Source of the DNA: Eledone cirrhosa
Lineage: Eukaryota
Length of the DNA: 64,000 nucleotides
Reading direction: 5' to 3'
NCBI GenBank assembly: GCA_964016885.1
Contig: OZ024742.1
Span: forward strand, 198,524,001 to 198,588,000
The notes below the pieces were generated by a model. That model worked only from the letters and a program-made list of their open reading frames with translations. It searched no databases and was not told where the DNA came from. Of this stretch, positions 39,617-54,285 are shown one piece after another (the first letter of the stretch is position 1; each line of letters starts with the position of its first letter). Made by a program: the position numbers and the translations under genes.

Positions 39617-39847
39617 GTGTGTGTGTGTGTGTGTGTATGTATACATATGTGTGTGATGTATATATTATTTATATACATTACTACAACACTAGTAAGATAA
39701 TGTTCGTTAGTAACAGGTAACCATCTTGTGGTCAAGGTGATAATATATGTATTACTTTGGTTTTTCTAGTTTAAAAATATTGTCTGACATTAACACTTCA
39801 TCACTAAAACCTGGTGATTAATATGACATCATCACCATCATACATGT

Positions 39848-40080
39848 TTATTATTTTGATCTCTAAATTTACTGGTATTAACATTGTGTCATCAAGGACT
39901 TTAAACAGTGACCATCCAGAGATCAAGGTGGTAGCAATATGTGTATTATTTTGATCTCTGAATTTACTGGTATTGCTTCTATTTAACACTGTGTCATCAA
40001 GGACTTTAAACAGTGACCATCCAGAGATCAAGGTGATAATAATATGTGTATTATTTTGATCTCTCAGTTTATGGTATTGC
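39848..40080. repeat. ~100-120-bp tandem duplication
   Basis: tgtgtcatcaaggactttaaacagtgaccatccagagatcaaggtg occurs twice. Confidence 0.8.
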
Positions 40081-40745
40081 CTAATCTCAACATTGTTATG
40101 AAAGTGGAAGGGTATCCATTTTGGGGAGCTGTTTAGTCAATTATATTCACAACAGTACTTCTTTGGTACTTATTTCATTGACCCCGGAGGAATGAAAAGA
40201 AAAGTTTCAACCTTGGTGGGATTTGAACTCAGAAACATGAAGTGACAGAACTAAATCAAAATACCACAAGACATGTGTTACTCAATGTTCTACAAATTCT
40301 GTCAGTACTTGACTGGTTCTTTATTTTATTGACCCTGGAAGGATGAAAAGCAAAGATGACCTCGGTGGGATTAGAACTCAGTAGAAACCATAATTAAATA
40401 CTGCTAAACATTTTGTCCAACGTTCTAAACATCAATAATAATAATAATAATGGTTTCTGATTTAGACAAGGCCAACAATTCTTTGGCTGGCACTCTACTG
40501 ATGCTGCTAATCCACCACCCTAATATTAATAATAGTTTCTGATTTAGGTACAAGGTCAACAATTTTTAGGGGGAGGGGAAAGTTGATTAAATCGACCCCA
40601 GTGCATTACTGGTACTTTATTTTATCGACCCTGTAAGGATAAAAGGCAAAGTTAACCTCTGCAGGATTTGAACTCAGAATATTAGAATGTTGTAACCCTA
40701 TGCTGCGAAGCTGGGTGCCCGATGCTCTACCGATATTGCAAATCC

Positions 40746-40779
<34 letters not shown>

Positions 40780-40864
40780 GATGGTCAAATGTTCTAACTC
40801 TAAGAATAAAAACAAAGGATTAGATGCTGTCATGTTATATAGATTAAACCCTTTAGCATTTACA

Positions 40865-41252
40865 TGGCTTAGTGGTTAGAGCATTGGCCTTGCAATCAAA
40901 AGGTTGTGAGTTCAATTCTCAGACCGGGTGATGAGTTGTGTCCTTGAGCAAGACACTTTATTTCACATTGCTCCAGTTTACTCAGCTGTAGAAATGAGAT
41001 GATAGGGACTGGGGTCCCTATCATTCCACTGCAAAGTGGTCGTGGAGGTGCCACAGCAAAAAAGCACCCAGCCCACACTGTAAAGTGGACGTGTAGGCAC
41101 CACGGAAAAAAAAGCACCCAGCACTCACTGTAAATGAGGTTGGTGTTAGGAAGGGCATCCAGCTGTAGAAATCAAGCCAGAATCAGTTCCCGTCCCACCC
41201 TTGCAAGCAGGGAAAAGCGGACATAAAATGAAATGATGATGATGATGAAATG
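40865..41252 (+). mobile_element. tRNA-derived SINE (S2) with RTE-derived 3' end, nested in a piggyBac-type MITE (40848-41460)
   Basis: A box tggcttagtgg, B box gttcaattc, CORE-like gtccttgagcaagacactt. 3' part matches the RTE-A 3' UTR with a (TGA)n tail; flanks match the MITE at 45271-45476. Confidence 0.8.
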
Positions 41253-41950
41253 ATTACTCTATATTTACTATTATATTTTTATGGTAAAGGCTTTACCTCG
41301 CATAATTATCTGACATAACACCAAATCTATGAGATTTTGATAGATTTATTTTGACAACAATACCTTAACATAAGTATGAGCGACTAGTTGCAGCCGGTTT
41401 GAGCAGAAAGTGGTGAGAGAATTCTGGTCGGATACGGCCGGTTTAAATGCTAAATAGTGAACAAGAGAGACTGCAACTAAATTATGTATAACTGTATATT
41501 TCATTAATGTATGCGAGTGTATATTGTATTAGTATATAAGAGTGTATATTTGATACCAAACTGTTGGTGCCCCAGCATGGCCTCAGCCTGTCAGCTAGAA
41601 CACGTAAGAGAGTAATATCAAGGTGATAATAAATGTCCTATATAAAAGTAAGAATTATTTCTAACATTGGCACAAAGTCAACAATTTTAGGGGAAAGAGA
41701 AAGTCAATTATATCAACCCCAGTACTTAACTGGTACTGTATTCTATCAACCCCAGAAGAATGAAAGGCAAAGTTGACTTTGGTAGGATTTGAACTCCTGT
41801 ATAAAATTAATAATAGTAACAAAATAACAAAAGAAAAGAAACAGTTAAACGTTGATAAAAAGTTGTTTCATACATACATGCCTGCATACACACACTCACA
41901 TATATATATATTATATATATATTATATACATATATTATATATATATATAC

Positions 41951-41994
<44 letters not shown>

Positions 41995-42123
41995 CAAAGA
42001 TATATTTAATTTGTTGGTTATTCAAAAAATTTATTTATAACAGATTCAATCACTCTACAAGTTGTCTGGACTATCTAAACGGAACCTGAACCGATAAGGT
42101 CTGGTTTCTTGGGTAAGTCAACA

Positions 42124-42219
42124 TTTATAAAACAAATTTTGTATTTTATCTGATGAGAGCGTACCAAAATTTTAGTACCTTTGAAATATATATAATAAAA
42201 TAAATATGGTTTTATAAAT
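42124..42219 (+). ncRNA. Minimal type-I hammerhead ribozyme
   Basis: ATTTTAT-CTGATGA-gagcGTAC caaaatttta GTACcttt-GAAA-tatata-TA-ATAAAAT; stem I extends via tttataaaac / gttttataaa. Confidence 0.7.
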
Positions 42220-42859
42220 ATAGTTTCCATTTATTAATATCATTGATATATATATATATATATGGTGGCTGCCAACTCGTTTTCGAGTACGACCACTACT
42301 TTATATCCATGTAGGAGAACCCCTACCGATGCGCTTAACAAGAGTGACTTTTTAGTCCAGCCAGCGTCTTGAAAACTCTGGTACAAACACTACACTTGTG
42401 ACAATTATTGACACATAGTGCTAGGCCCATGGAACCATGTGACGACAAGTGCAGAGAGATCTCCAGATATAAAGCAATGCCTGTGCCGTGAAGCTTTTAT
42501 AGTGAACAAAGGCACTGCACAAAGCCATTCCCACTTTCTTAACCAAGATGATATTTACCAAAAGGAAGAACAAGTCAACATCATTGGATACCATCAGGGT
42601 TGCAGGTGTTTTCCGTCTCCTAGAATTCTGCTAAGGGGTCATCTCTCCCAGTGATTTTGGATGGCCATTGACTCTTAAGAGCTCCTTTGCCCTTTGACAG
42701 GTTTTGTTTTTAGTCCTGCAGGATGTCCAAAGTCACCCTCCTCACCAAGAAACCTTGGTGGGGTTGCCAGTTTAGTCGCCAACGACCCGACCATGAGACA
42801 TGTTGTACTGGGATACATGTTACCAGTAGCACCAACTGGTGACCTGACATAAATATATC

Positions 42860-42939
<80 letters not shown>

Positions 42940-43022
42940 CATGGTATCCCCCCCCCCCAAAATGTATACATACTTTGATTAGAATGCTGTTGAAGTGTGT
43001 ATACATTTTGGGGGACACCCTG

Positions 43023-43056
<34 letters not shown>

Positions 43057-44194
43057 TACAAACACACATACATACTTGCATACACACATACATACTTGCA
43101 TACACACATACAAACACATACACATACATGCATACATACACACTCACATACAAGCACACACATATATACCTACAAAAAAAAAAAAATCAATACAAGAGAA
43201 CAATACAATACAATACAATAATATATATTACTATGATGCTTGATAGTATCGAAAAGGAGTGTTAACGTTTCAGACGTATGTCCTTCTTCGAAAGATAGAA
43301 ACAGAGAAATGAGAGGATACTTGGGAGAGAGAAGAAAGACAGACTAGTGTAAAAAAAAAAAAGACAAAAAGGAAAAAAGAATTGAAGAGAAGAGAAAGCA
43401 TGTGGTGATACTAGTCAGCCATCTTGTACATACATACAGACTAGCATGTTTTGTTCTGTCACTCATAGTTGAGTTACAAATACCACTATTAGATTTTTAA
43501 AGTTATATATTTTAATTTATAGAGGGGGAAAAAAAAGAACTGCCTCAAAAGGTACAACACATGCTAACATGAAAGAGCAAATGTAAAAATGATGATGATG
43601 ATGACCCAGAGCCAAAAGCATGAGTGAGTTAAAAGACAATCAGAATTAATACCATGAATTAGATATTTTTTAAAAGTCTGTCCTAAGTCCTGAGGCTATA
43701 TCAAACCAGAGCTTATCAGAAATGGAACAGAGTAATAGTTCCCAACCTTTTCATGACCAAGGACATCTTTTATTTAAATGAATCCCTAGGCTTTTGAAAG
43801 GTCTATTCAATGATCTCAAGTAATTAAACATTTTACACTGTCAGCCCTTCAAATTTGTAACCTAACTCATGGATATCCAGTATTACCTTTTTGGAACCAC
43901 CCAGGGTGGAGGGGTCTATGGACTAGCAACCAGCCTTTTTGTGAGCATTTATACAATTTACACTGCAGCTTCTTGGAATTTTGAACTTAACTGAAAGACC
44001 AGTATCACCCAGGTAGGGAGAGGGGACCCTAGAACTAATGGCTGGGAACCACTGCAATAGAGAATTAATAGAATTGAGAGGGAAAAATTGACTAATTTAA
44101 AGGGCAACAGTGAACACATCAAAACACTACTAATTTAACTCATAACATCCTGTACCATGTGAAACCATATTAGTAAAACATTTTTCAAAAGTAT

Positions 44195-44620
44195 AAAACA
44201 GCACTATGATTGCATCACATAAAAAAATGAAGTCCTTACTCCAATACTGCAAATTTTCACAAGGACATGGGCCCTAGTAAAGATATTTTAAACATTTAAA
44301 TTAAGAAACATCAGCTATACAATCTGGAAAAGTACAAAACAGCACTATAACAGCATCATATTAAAAATTATACTTTTTATATTACAGTAATATTGCAAAT
44401 TTTCACAATGGCCAGTCTACTAGTAAAGATAGTATAAACATTTGAATTAACAAAACACATAAAACTGCATTTGCAAGACATTCTTGAAAAAACAACAAAA
44501 AAAAACAGCATTGTGACTAAATCACATTAAATATTAAAGTATTTATTCTTCTCTAATTCTGAAAATTTTTACAACAATCAGTCCACCCATAAAGATACTA
44601 TAAACATTAGAATTAACAAA
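44195..44620. repeat. Degenerate ~140-165-bp tandem repeat, 3 units
   Basis: aaaacagcactat...gcaaattttcacaa...taaagata...aaacatt recurs. Confidence 0.6.
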
Positions 44621-45270
44621 TCCAGTCTTAGATAGTTTTCTGCTAAATCATTACAGGAAGTTTAGACTTAAGAAAAAGAAACAAAAAACATTTTAAGAGA
44701 AAAGGAAAGCAAAAAAGAGACAAAGGAATTTTGTAGAAAAGTGAGGAATGACAATGGCAGAGGGTAAATACTAATATTGGTTAACAAAATGTGATATATC
44801 TATCTACTAAGACATCTTTGTGGCTGAAGGTAGGACTAAATATCTGGTTAACACTCATGTCTAGAGGTGTGTTAGTTGTTTAAATTTGTGTGGTTATGTG
44901 CATGTGGCTATGTGTGACTGGTTGTATGTATATGCGTATGTGTATGTGCTTGTGTGGTTGGATGTTTATATGTACGTGCCTAAATTGTTGTGTGGTTGTA
45001 TGTATGTGCTCATGTCAGTGGCTTTGTGCGACTGGTTGTATGTATATGTGCATGTGTGGTTGGATGTGTATGTGCCTAACTGGTTGTGCTTATATATACC
45101 TCATCAATCTCGTCACAACAAGTTACAGTTGTTTTCCGTTTTTTTTTCTGAACAAAAAAATAAAATTCACATTCACATAGATTCAAGACAAAAAATACGA
45201 AATTGAAATAAAAGTCTCATTTAGACTTCACCCTCTGTCATGGCACACTGATACTAACCACTTCCCTTAA

Positions 45271-45476
45271 CCCTTTAGTATTTACATTACTCTATATTTA
45301 CTATTGCATTTTTGCGGTAAAGGTTTTATCTCATATAATATCAAATCTATGAGATTTTGATATTATTTATTTTGAGAACAATAACTTAACATCAGTATAA
45401 GTGGCCGGTTATGGGCGGTTTGAACAGAAAGGTGAGAGAGTTCTGGCCGGATACAGCCAGTTTAAATCCTAAAGGG
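45271..45476. mobile_element. piggyBac-type MITE, intact copy
   Basis: TTAA-ccctttag ... ctaaaggg-TTAA. Confidence 0.8.
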
Positions 45477-47138
45477 TTAACATGTCTCTCTCAAAAATAT
45501 TGTTAAACATGGTGGCCTAAACAAAGTCAGCTTTCCATCCATGCTTGCATAGGTTAGACAAGTCTTCTTCAGTACTGCATCTCTCAGCTTGAATTTCTTT
45601 GTCATCTCTTTTGTGAGGTTAAGTATCCTAAGATCAGCTTTCCTCACTTCTGCTTAAGCCTTCCTTGGCTTACTTCTACCACATCTTTTCTTTGTGAGGT
45701 TCAGCATCCTAAGATCAGCTTTCCCCACTTCTGCTTAAGCCTTCATTGGCTTACCTCTTTGTGAGGTTCAGCATCCTAAGATCAACTTTCACCACTTCTA
45801 CCTAAGTCTTTCTTGGCTCACCTCTAACACATTTTGCCTTTCACTTGTCTCTTTCCTTTGTGAGATTTAGTTTCTTGAGATCAACTTCCACCATTTCTAT
45901 CCACATCGTCTTCGACCTTCCTCTATTACATTTTCCTTCCACTTGTCTATTTCCTTTGTTATCTTCTCAGTGACTTTCAGCATACTGAGATCACTTTTCA
46001 CTACTTCTGTCGAAGCGATCCTTGGCTTTCCACTACTACATCTTTTTTTCAATTTGTCTATTTCCTTTGTTATCTCTTTTGTGAAGTTCAGTTTTCATCA
46101 CTTCTGCCCATGTCTTTCTAGGTCATCCTCTACTACAACTTCCTTCCACTTAGAATTACTGGCATTTCTTCACTCAACAATCATTATTCATACACATTTC
46201 ATGTCTGTACCAACACAATCTTCTCTGCACAGTGCATATGATTTGTCTTACACCCAGTTTTCCTTTCAACTCCTCTATAATTCTATTAGAATATTATTGT
46301 TATATTACATTATATAACAGTATTTCACTAATATTTAATGAGGAGGAGATCGTAGCTGAAGATTCATCTTTATAAAACAAAAGATAAGCAATGAGAAGGC
46401 AACATTTTAAAAGACTGAAATGGCAAAGCCCCATTTCAAGATTAAGCAATGAGGATATGACATCTTCAGAGACCAGCAAAGCCCCACCTTACAGAGAAAA
46501 TTAGCAATATGAAAGCAACAACCCAAAACCTCATCTCAGATAGTCAATGAAACTGCAAAGTAAAGGCAAGACCTTAATTAAAGAGAAAAGTGAAACCATT
46601 TTAACACAGTGTAGTACAAAATATATGTAGTTGAACTATTTGCTAAGCAGAAAATAAAAAAAAAGAACGAGAAGAGTGTAATAGAAGAAAGTTACGTACA
46701 TATTGTCCAGGAGAAGGCTGAAATTAGTAAAACACTGGAGTATATATAACATAAATGACAAAGTCATTTAAAAAAAAAAAATGAATTACTGTATAGCCAG
46801 GGATGGAAGGTCATGCCTATGACCCTTTTCAAGACCTCTGAAACTGGTAATGGAAAGGAGGAAGGTATCCTTAATGCAGAGTCCTGCTTGCAAGACATCA
46901 AACTCTACTAAAGACACCCAAGGGCCATGCAGTGGTGTTAAACCTCGTAATGGATTAAATCTACTCCTCAAGTAGGCCATGGTGAAATTTACAGTAGAGT
47001 TGATTCTAGCCTGATGCACTAACAGTTCTGCCAATCATAAAATAAAAGGCAAACTGTACATGTCATGTAGAGTATCTAGTTGCTGCATTACTACATGTTG
47101 AAATCTAAAGTAGTGTAATACACAAACACACTCATATA

Positions 47139-47192
<54 letters not shown>

Positions 47193-47670
47193 TATATTTG
47201 TATGTGTATATATATATAAGTGTATATATATATATATATATATAAATGTGCATTATATATATATATATGTTTGTGTGTATATCCATATATGTATGTGTAT
47301 ATATATGTGTGTGTATACATATATGTATGTGTATATATACATATATATATATATACATACATACATATATATATACATTCCCTCTCCATACACATACACA
47401 CATGTATATCATGACTCATACACTCTTCACTTCCCTGACATTTGTGTATTATTCTATGTACTATACATACACCTTTGACGAGTTGTAGTGCACCTGAGCA
47501 CTTTACACAATAATTTCATTATTATTATTATTATACATATACATACATATATATATACATACATATATACACATGCATATATATACATACATACATATAC
47601 ATATATATACATACATACATATATATACAAACATACATATACATATATATACATGCATATATATACATAC

Positions 47671-47701
<31 letters not shown>

Positions 47702-47759
47702 CATATACATACATATATATACATATACATACATATATATATATATATATACACACACT

Positions 47760-48627
47760 ATAGATCTTGCTTGCAGTCTGACCTGGACACAATGCAACAA
47801 TGGATCACAGCATGGCAACTCAAGCTAGCTGTGGACAAGTGCACCACCATACATTTTGGGAGTAAAAACCCAGCATCCACATACTCCCTCCACAACACTA
47901 ATATCAAGAAGTGGTCAGCAGCGATTTGCGTTGGACGAAGCACACGTCTCTAAAATTGTTAAGAGGGCCGAAGGCGTCTTAGCATCACTCAGCAAGACCT
48001 TTGTCAGCCGCTCTCCAGCTATCTATTTAAGGTTGTACATGGCTATGGTGCGGCCACACTTAGAATTTGCATCACCAGTCTGGAACCCCTATCTTGCTCA
48101 GAACATTGACCACCTGGAAACTGTTCAGAGACGTGCAACCAAGCGAATACCCTCCATCAGGCATCTACCATACTCTGAACGCCTTGCTTCCCTGGGCATG
48201 GATACATTGAAGCCCCGACGCCTGGCAACTGACTTGGTAAATTATTAACCATCTTGCCAACAACAACCCTGAGTACCTTTTTGATTTCCATGTGTCTAAC
48301 ACACGTGGGCATGCCAACAAAGTCAGAAAACGGCACAGCTCCCATGAAACATTTTTTCACACTCAGAGTTGCTGAAGCATGGAACAAACTACCTGCATCA
48401 GTTGTTAGCTGTCGAGACACTGCATCCTTTAAAACCTCCATGCTTCCCGAGATTCGCCAACACTACACCTTATGTTCCCCCTCCATACACACACATGAAT
48501 ATCACGACTCATACACTCTTCACTTCCCTGACATTTGTATATTATTCTATGTACTATACATGCACCTTTGACGAGTTGTAGTGCACCTGAGCACTTTACA
48601 CAATAATTTCATTATTATTATTATTAT
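47760..48627 (+). mobile_element. CR1 LINE 5'-truncated fragment with internal deletions; an extra 3'-UTR piece lies at 47378-47533
   Basis: LQSDLD...[49 protein letters not shown] motifs; (ATT)n tail. Confidence 0.9.
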
Positions 48628-48634
48628 ATATATA

Positions 48635-48675
<41 letters not shown>

Positions 48676-48721
48676 TGGAATTGAACCAACAAGACCGTTG
48701 AGGTATGTCATACATCAATTC

Positions 48722-48791
48722 ATGTATTTTATCTGATGAGGACGTACTGAAAAAACACCACAGTACCTTCGAAATATATATTATAAAACAT
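48722..48791 (+). ncRNA. Minimal type-I hammerhead ribozyme
   Basis: TTTTAT-CTGATGA-ggacGTACTG aaaaaacacca CAGTACcttc-GAAA-tatata-TT-ATAAAA. Confidence 0.72.
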
Positions 48792-48837
48792 ATATTTTGA
48801 TTATGTGAATGTCTTCATTTATTATTATTCTAAATAA

Positions 48838-48978
<141 letters not shown>

Positions 48979-48990
48979 TACATATATATG

Positions 48991-49021
<31 letters not shown>

Positions 49022-49025
49022 ATAC

Positions 49026-49110
<85 letters not shown>

Positions 49111-49200
49111 CAGTGGTAGAAAACTGGAAGGTAATATCCGTAGTGGTAGAGCACTCAGTCCAAGGGACAAGTTAGGTAGAAGTGGTTACATAACAGTTAG

Positions 49201-49298
49201 TTCACCATACCGAGAACAATTGTTTGGCCTTAGCGGATCCTCAGCTCGTAATATTCCGAGGATCCGCTATGGTGAAACAATTGTTCTCGGTATGATGA

Positions 49299-49299
<1 letters not shown>
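49201..49299. ncRNA. Hairpin formed by two divergent hammerhead copies, each with one core lesion
   Basis: - strand: CGAG-CTGAGGA-tcc gctaa ggc-CAAA-caattg-TT-CTCG. + strand: CCGAGGA-tcc gctat ggt-GAAA-caattg-TT-ctcg. Confidence 0.55.
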
Positions 49300-49363
<64 letters not shown>

Positions 49364-49509
49364 CAAAGGAGATGTGGTAAGGAACCAGATGGAGCATAAT
49401 GCACCAGAGTACTCAATACTTAGGGTAGTAGAGTGGGTAATAGGAAAAAGTATAGTCCAGAAATAGCCGTCGAAACGGCTTCAGCTCTGCCGTTGGGGTC
49501 ATACTTTTT

Positions 49510-49544
<35 letters not shown>

Positions 49545-49614
49545 TAAAATAACAGATTAAAGTTTAAGCAAAGAATCGCTGCTTTCACCCTTAATGGGAT
49601 CTTATATATGTATA

Positions 49615-49960
49615 TCATCATCATCATCAACGTTTAACGTCCGTGTTCCACGCTTGCATGGGTTTGGACGGGGGTTTTCCCACTTGAGGCAAGAGTGATT
49701 GTCTTGCTCGCATAGGACTGTCTGGCAGGTTTTCTACAGTTGGATGCCCTTCCTAACACCAACCACATTTACAGTGTGGTGCAGAGAGGTTTTTACCGTA
49801 TTACCTACACGGCCACATTACAGCGTCGACTGTGTGTTTTTTTGTCGTGACACCTACACGATCTCATTTGTTTCGGCCTGGATGGTGTGGCACCAACATA
49901 ACTTTACATAGAAGGGGGCGGTGTGGATGGGGTGGGGGTGGTGGGACGTGGGTGTAGTAG
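49615..49960 (-). mobile_element. RTE subfamily B 3'-UTR fragment
   Basis: Matches 52519-52860. Confidence 0.85.
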
Positions 49961-49980
49961 GTTTATTTAATATATATATA

Positions 49981-50030
<50 letters not shown>

Positions 50031-50065
50031 TATAAATATTAATAAAATAGATGTTCTTTTGATCA

Positions 50066-50129
50066 ATTACATTTTATTATACATATTTCGGATGTACAAC
50101 AGTACGTCCTCATCAGACAAAATATAATG
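50066..50129 (-). ncRNA. Minimal hammerhead ribozyme, left terminal repeat of the 50059-50801 element
   Basis: attatattttgt-CTGATGA-GGAcGTAC tgtt GTACaTCC-GAAA-tatgta-TA-ataaaatgtaat. Confidence 0.78.
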
Positions 50130-50731
50130 ATACCCTGAGATGTTAAATGGTTAAGATTTAATCAAGGTAGTGATTACCCGATAGAAAATTTTGCTTATAT
50201 AATATTTGTGTGAAAGTGCGAAAACGTAATGAATTCATTAGAGAATGTGTGAGTAAGAAAAAAGGTTGCATACTTAAAGTGTTCTAAAATTTTGAATTGT
50301 ATGATACTACATCTAGGGAAACGTCTCATGAATCATAACAGTCAGTGATAGCCACTGGAAAAAGATTTATAAGGAAGGAAAGATAAAGTGTAGGGTTTTT
50401 TTTTCGAAAGTTAAACGGTTAGAATTTGGAAATATTTAATTTATAATATTAAGGTGAAGGCTCCAGATTTCAGGATTATTTGCTATTTATTTATATTATT
50501 TATATAAATTCGATAAGTGTGTTATCATTTCTAAACTTCTGAATTGTGAGAATAGCATTATAAAGGATTTAGCTGGCATATAAAGAATGAAATATTATAC
50601 TGTTGATTATTTACCTAAATATAAACTTTAACAAATATACCAACATATTATGTATGTAAAGCTTTTATAGTACTTATTGTTATAAATATTTAAATAACTG
50701 TTATGTATAAGGTATGTATATGTCATGTAAC

Positions 50732-50794
50732 ATTATATTTTGTCTGATGAGGACGTACTGTTGTACATCCGAAATATGTATAATGAAATGTAAT
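50732..50794 (+). ncRNA. Minimal hammerhead ribozyme, right terminal repeat
   Basis: Same core as 50066-50129 in the opposite orientation; 71-bp inverted repeats enclose ~600 bp of AT-rich sequence. Confidence 0.78.
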
Positions 50795-50849
50795 TGATCA
50801 ATGTATATATATATATACATATATATGTATATATATATACATATATATG

Positions 50850-50933
<84 letters not shown>

Positions 50934-50937
50934 CATA

Positions 50938-50979
<42 letters not shown>

Positions 50980-51043
50980 TATGTATATATATATATATAT
51001 ATATACACATATATATGTATATATATATACACATATATATGTA

Positions 51044-51127
<84 letters not shown>

Positions 51128-51185
51128 TACATATATATGTATATATATATATATATACATATATATGTATATATATATATACATA

Positions 51186-51300
<115 letters not shown>

Positions 51301-51610
51301 TTATCATCATCATCATCAACGTTTAACGTCCGTGCGTCCGTGTTCCACGCTTGCATGGGTTTATATATATATATGGGTTTATATATGTATATATATATAC
51401 ATATATATGTATATATATATATATATATATACATATATATGTATATATATATATATACATATATATGTATATATATATATATATACATATATATGTATAT
51501 ATATATATACATATATATGTATATATATATATATATATACATATATATGTATATATATATATATATACATATATATGTATATATATATATATATATACAC
51601 ATATATATAT

Positions 51611-51739
<129 letters not shown>

Positions 51740-51744
51740 TATAC

Positions 51745-51793
<49 letters not shown>

Positions 51794-51814
51794 CATATAT
51801 ATACATATATATAC

Positions 51815-51867
<53 letters not shown>

Positions 51868-51878
51868 CATATATATAC

Positions 51879-51929
<51 letters not shown>

Positions 51930-51940
51930 CATATATATAC

Positions 51941-52043
<103 letters not shown>

Positions 52044-52066
52044 CATATATATACATATATATATAC

Positions 52067-52105
<39 letters not shown>

Positions 52106-52116
52106 CATATATATAC

Positions 52117-52159
<43 letters not shown>

Positions 52160-52165
52160 TATACA

Positions 52166-52275
<110 letters not shown>

Positions 52276-52286
52276 CATATATATAC

Positions 52287-52505
<219 letters not shown>

Positions 52506-52518
52506 CATATATATACAT

Positions 52519-53568
52519 ATCATCATCATCATCATCATCATCAACGTTTAACGTCCGTGTTCCACGCTTGCATGGGTTTGGACGGGGGTAGTCCCACTTG
52601 AGGCAAGAGTGATTGTCTTGCTCGCATAGGACTGTCTGGCAGGTTTTCTACAGTTGGATGCCCTTCCTAACACCAACCACATTTACAGTGTGGGTCTGGG
52701 AGGTTTTTACCGTGTTGCCTACACGGCCACATTACAGCGTGGACTGTGTGTTTTTTTGTCGTAACACCTACACGATCTCGTTTGTTTCGGCCTGGATGGC
52801 GCGGCACCAACATAACTTTACATGGAACGGGGTGGTGTGGATGGGGTGGGGGGTGGTGGCGGGACGGGGTGTAGTTTGTTAGAGATGCCTACTGGCAAGG
52901 CGGGTCTTCTCTGTTACTGAGTACCGCCAAAGGTCACGGTCCAGTGACATTGTCTTGGAGAGGTGTAAGTGTGTGAGGTCGGAGTTTATCAGCTCATCCC
53001 ATGTTTTTCTAGGTCTGCCTATTCCGTGGCTACCGTCTATCTTTATTGCCCTGCACTTTGTAATACAGCTATCGACTTTCATGCGCATCACGTGTCCATA
53101 CCAACGCAGCCTTCTCTCGAGTAAACAACATCTGATCCCTCTTATCTCTAATTTTTTCCTTAGTTCGTTTATGCTTTGCCGTTCACGTATATTACTGTTA
53201 CACATCCAGCGGAGCATGCAAGCTTCGTTCCTCTCTAGTCTGCGTATATCCTCTGCACACAATGCCCAGGTCTCACTACCATGCAACATTGCTGTTCGTA
53301 TGCAGGCATCGTACAACCTGCCTTTCATTTTTAGGGAGAACCCTTTAGCAGCTAATAGTGGTATAAGCTCTCTGAACTTTTTCCAACCAGTTCTGACTCT
53401 AGCTACAGTACTTTCAGAGCACCCTCCCCCACTGCTGATTTTATCGCCCAGGTAACGGAAGCTGTCCACTATTTCTATAGAACCCTCTGCGCAATTGAAA
53501 GAGCTAGTATTTTGTGGGCACTTGCTGCTACTTATTGCACCAGAACACCGGCCACATGTAAAGTCTAT
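52519..53568 (-). mobile_element. RTE subfamily B, 5'-truncated copy
   Basis: Near-identical to 57325-58392; (GAT)n tail; both ends in (TA)n. Confidence 0.95.
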
Positions 53569-53571
53569 ATA

Positions 53572-53653
<82 letters not shown>

Positions 53654-53681
53654 ATAATATATATATACATATATATATATA

Positions 53682-53899
53682 GGCGTGTGGCTGAGTGGTT
53701 AGAGTATTGGATTCACAATCGTGAGGTTGTGAGTTCGATTCCTGAACCAGGCGATGCGTTATGTCCTTGAGCAAGACACTTTATTTCACGTTGCTCCTTC
53801 TACCTGGAGTTGCGACCGATAGATAGTATTAGCAATTGGAAAGACCAACGGAAACATAGTTTCCTCGGTCCGATTTGACGAAAGTCGATCGACTAGAAT

Positions 53900-53900
<1 letters not shown>
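53682..53900 (+). mobile_element. tRNA-derived SINE with CORE-like block (related copy at ~10640-10825 on -)
   Basis: A box tggctgagtgg, B box gttcgattc, gtccttgagcaagacacttt. Confidence 0.75.
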
Positions 53901-53937
<37 letters not shown>

Positions 53938-53960
53938 CATATATATATACATATATATAC

Positions 53961-54010
<50 letters not shown>

Positions 54011-54015
<5 letters not shown>

Positions 54016-54251
54016 ACTGAACAAATTTTGTATTTTGTTAATCGCTTGTTAAATGCATAGACCCATCTCAATCATTACCTTCTTGCTAGCTATTTTCAAA
54101 CCTTAATTCCTAACGTATTTTCAAACCCCAATCCCTAATTCTAGCGTATCTTCAAAACAAAAAAGCAAAATCCTTTCCTTCTTCCTTCTTCGAAGGCACG
54201 GGGCGGTCAAACGCCTAACACCCACAGCCATCATGTGGCCCCCTACCCTCG

Positions 54252-54285
<34 letters not shown>

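Noticed and set aside
43255-43300. Hammerhead-like tcgaaga-aggac atac gtct-gaaa-cg-tt on the - strand (similar at ~10235-10270)
   Set aside because: Core reads UCGAAGA instead of CUGAAGA and stem I does not pair; at most a decayed relative.
46786-47034. 82-aa ORF with an acceptor-like site
   Set aside because: No ClC similarity and no phase-compatible donor. It could only be an alternative terminal exon, which is unsupported.
53682-53750. tRNA gene
   Set aside because: A and B boxes are present but there is no closed cloverleaf and it continues into a SINE body.
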